A stretch of DNA of 64,000 bases from the human T2T-CHM13v2.0 reference genome, Homo sapiens, in assembly GCF_009914755.1 (NCBI RefSeq), contig NC_060934.1; one strand, given 5' to 3'. Of the stretch, positions 61,764-64,000 are shown piece after piece. Under the pieces are notes generated by a model. The model had not been told where the DNA came from. It worked only from the letters and a program-made list of their open reading frames with translations, and ran no database searches. A program made the position numbers and the translations under genes. Numbering within the stretch: the stretch's first letter is position 1; each line of letters begins with the position of its first letter.

Positions 61764-62126
61764 AGGAGAGGAAGCCTTTCAAATAAAGAAAACTCCACCT
61801 TCCCTATTATTCATGACAAATGCATAATTGCTTGGCTCTTTTCAACATCCCGCCTTACTCACATACTATCATGCTATAAGTGGAGCTAAGATTGTGTATT
61901 TTAATTCCCATAGTCCTGAACACAATATCAATAAAGGCATGGGGAAAAAAAGCACATATGTTCACCATCCTACTTCTCGTCATAATTTAGTATAAAATTC
62001 AGGGAAACCCAATTAGTTTTCCCTTTATCTTTCTCTTTAGATTACTTCTCTAAATACTTAGCTTGTACTGCAGTGTTGGTCAATGACACTATCAAAGGTT
62101 TTCTGCTAACATAACAATCTGCTTTG

Positions 62127-62175
62127 AAGAAGGAAGGAAGGAAGGAGGAAGGAAGGAAGGAAGGAGAGAGAGGGA
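62127..62175. repeat. (GGAA)n polypurine microsatellite
   Basis: gaagaaggaaggaaggaaggaggaaggaaggaaggaaggagagagaggg. Confidence 0.9.
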
Positions 62176-62965
62176 ATCTCAGTCGGAGAGTGCAAGGACT
62201 GCAGATAAAGAACTTTCTCCTCCTAATGTTTGTGTGTAGACAGAGACCACATAGCAGCACTGAATGGTAAACTGTCTTTTTTGAAACTTGAAACTTCTGT
62301 TTAAATGGCATTTAAGACATGATAAAATAAATTGTTTCATTCACTAAGCACTGGGACTCCCAATTACATCTCTCCTCTAAGAACCCCAAGTCCCTATTGC
62401 CTGCCCCTGCTTTTTGAGCTCAGATGTTTGTAGATCCATGCAAGAAAAGTAATTTCTCTTGGTTGGTGATTTCTGGCTGTGGTTTTGCAGGTTTTTCACT
62501 GAGATGTAAAACAAAGGCCCTGACTACTCAGTCATTTAAGGAAGACTCCCTGGAAACTTTCTGCAAAAGGTAGTAATATTAACAGCAATTGCCCTGGCCA
62601 GAATCCATTGCAAGTAATTGCATTCCACCAGGTAGTTTATAACAAAAGCCTCTTCCCATGCAGTCTTCTGCATCTCTGCCAAGAATACAGCAGCAGCTAA
62701 GCTCCAACTATGTTTGGGTCAAAACAGTTTCTGGAGTGAAGTCATTTAAGGAATACATACAGTGAGCCCCAACTGCCACAGCCTCCTTTGTTGTCTGCAA
62801 TGATTGCTGTATTAGTTTGCAATGTCAATGCATTCTTTACATCTTCCCATTTGCCAAGATTCAGCTCAAATCTCTTCTCTTCCAATGAGTCCTTCAAAAG
62901 CCTCTCAGATTGAGATCAATTGCACCCTTTTCCGAGTTTCTTCTTCTACATGGTATTAGTGACTC

Positions 62966-63743
<778 letters not shown>

Positions 63744-64000
63744 GAAAAGAGTATATGTAAAGCAAAGTTTCTGAATGTCTTTTGTTAGCTGGAGGGGTAA
63801 TCAAAACCAGAGGACTCCACTACTTTCATCCCATTTAGAGATCTTTGTTCTCAATCTGAAACTCCCTCCACTCTAGAGGTGGCAATTTCTTTGCATGTGT
63901 TTGAATAAACCAAGTCAAAATAATAACTTCAATGTATAAGCCTGCAGGAATCTGGAAGCAGTTGTCCCTTTTACCGCCAGTTGTAAAGTAAACAAGACAT

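Overview
Primate (most likely human) genomic DNA lying entirely inside the SORCS1 gene (VPS10-domain sorting receptor), which is transcribed on the minus strand. Two coding exons are supported by GT-AG boundaries and join in frame: 31633-31475 (159 nt, IMLLTDPEIESSLLISSDEGATYQ...SQDQK) and 16600-16527 (74 nt, LYSSAEFGRRWQLIQEGVVPNRFY+2 nt). From recalled gene structure these are probably exons 4 and 5. The rest is intron with about 28 Alus, a twin-primed (5'-inverted) L1PA inside a THE1 solo LTR, a near full-length THE1/MST MaLR provirus, several solo LTRs, DNA transposon relics, old L1/L2/MIR fragments, microsatellites and small tandem duplications. Nearly all ORF-track entries are Alu, L1 or MaLR derived, or chance. 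I found no convincing new biological system. The best leads are a candidate in-frame cryptic terminal exon near 36.0-36.2 kb, inverted Alu and LTR pairs bracketing the exons, loss of poly(A) signals in sense-oriented retroelements, and possible Alu-Alu gene conversion. Repeat subfamily names come from remembered consensus sequences and need RepeatMasker/Dfam confirmation.
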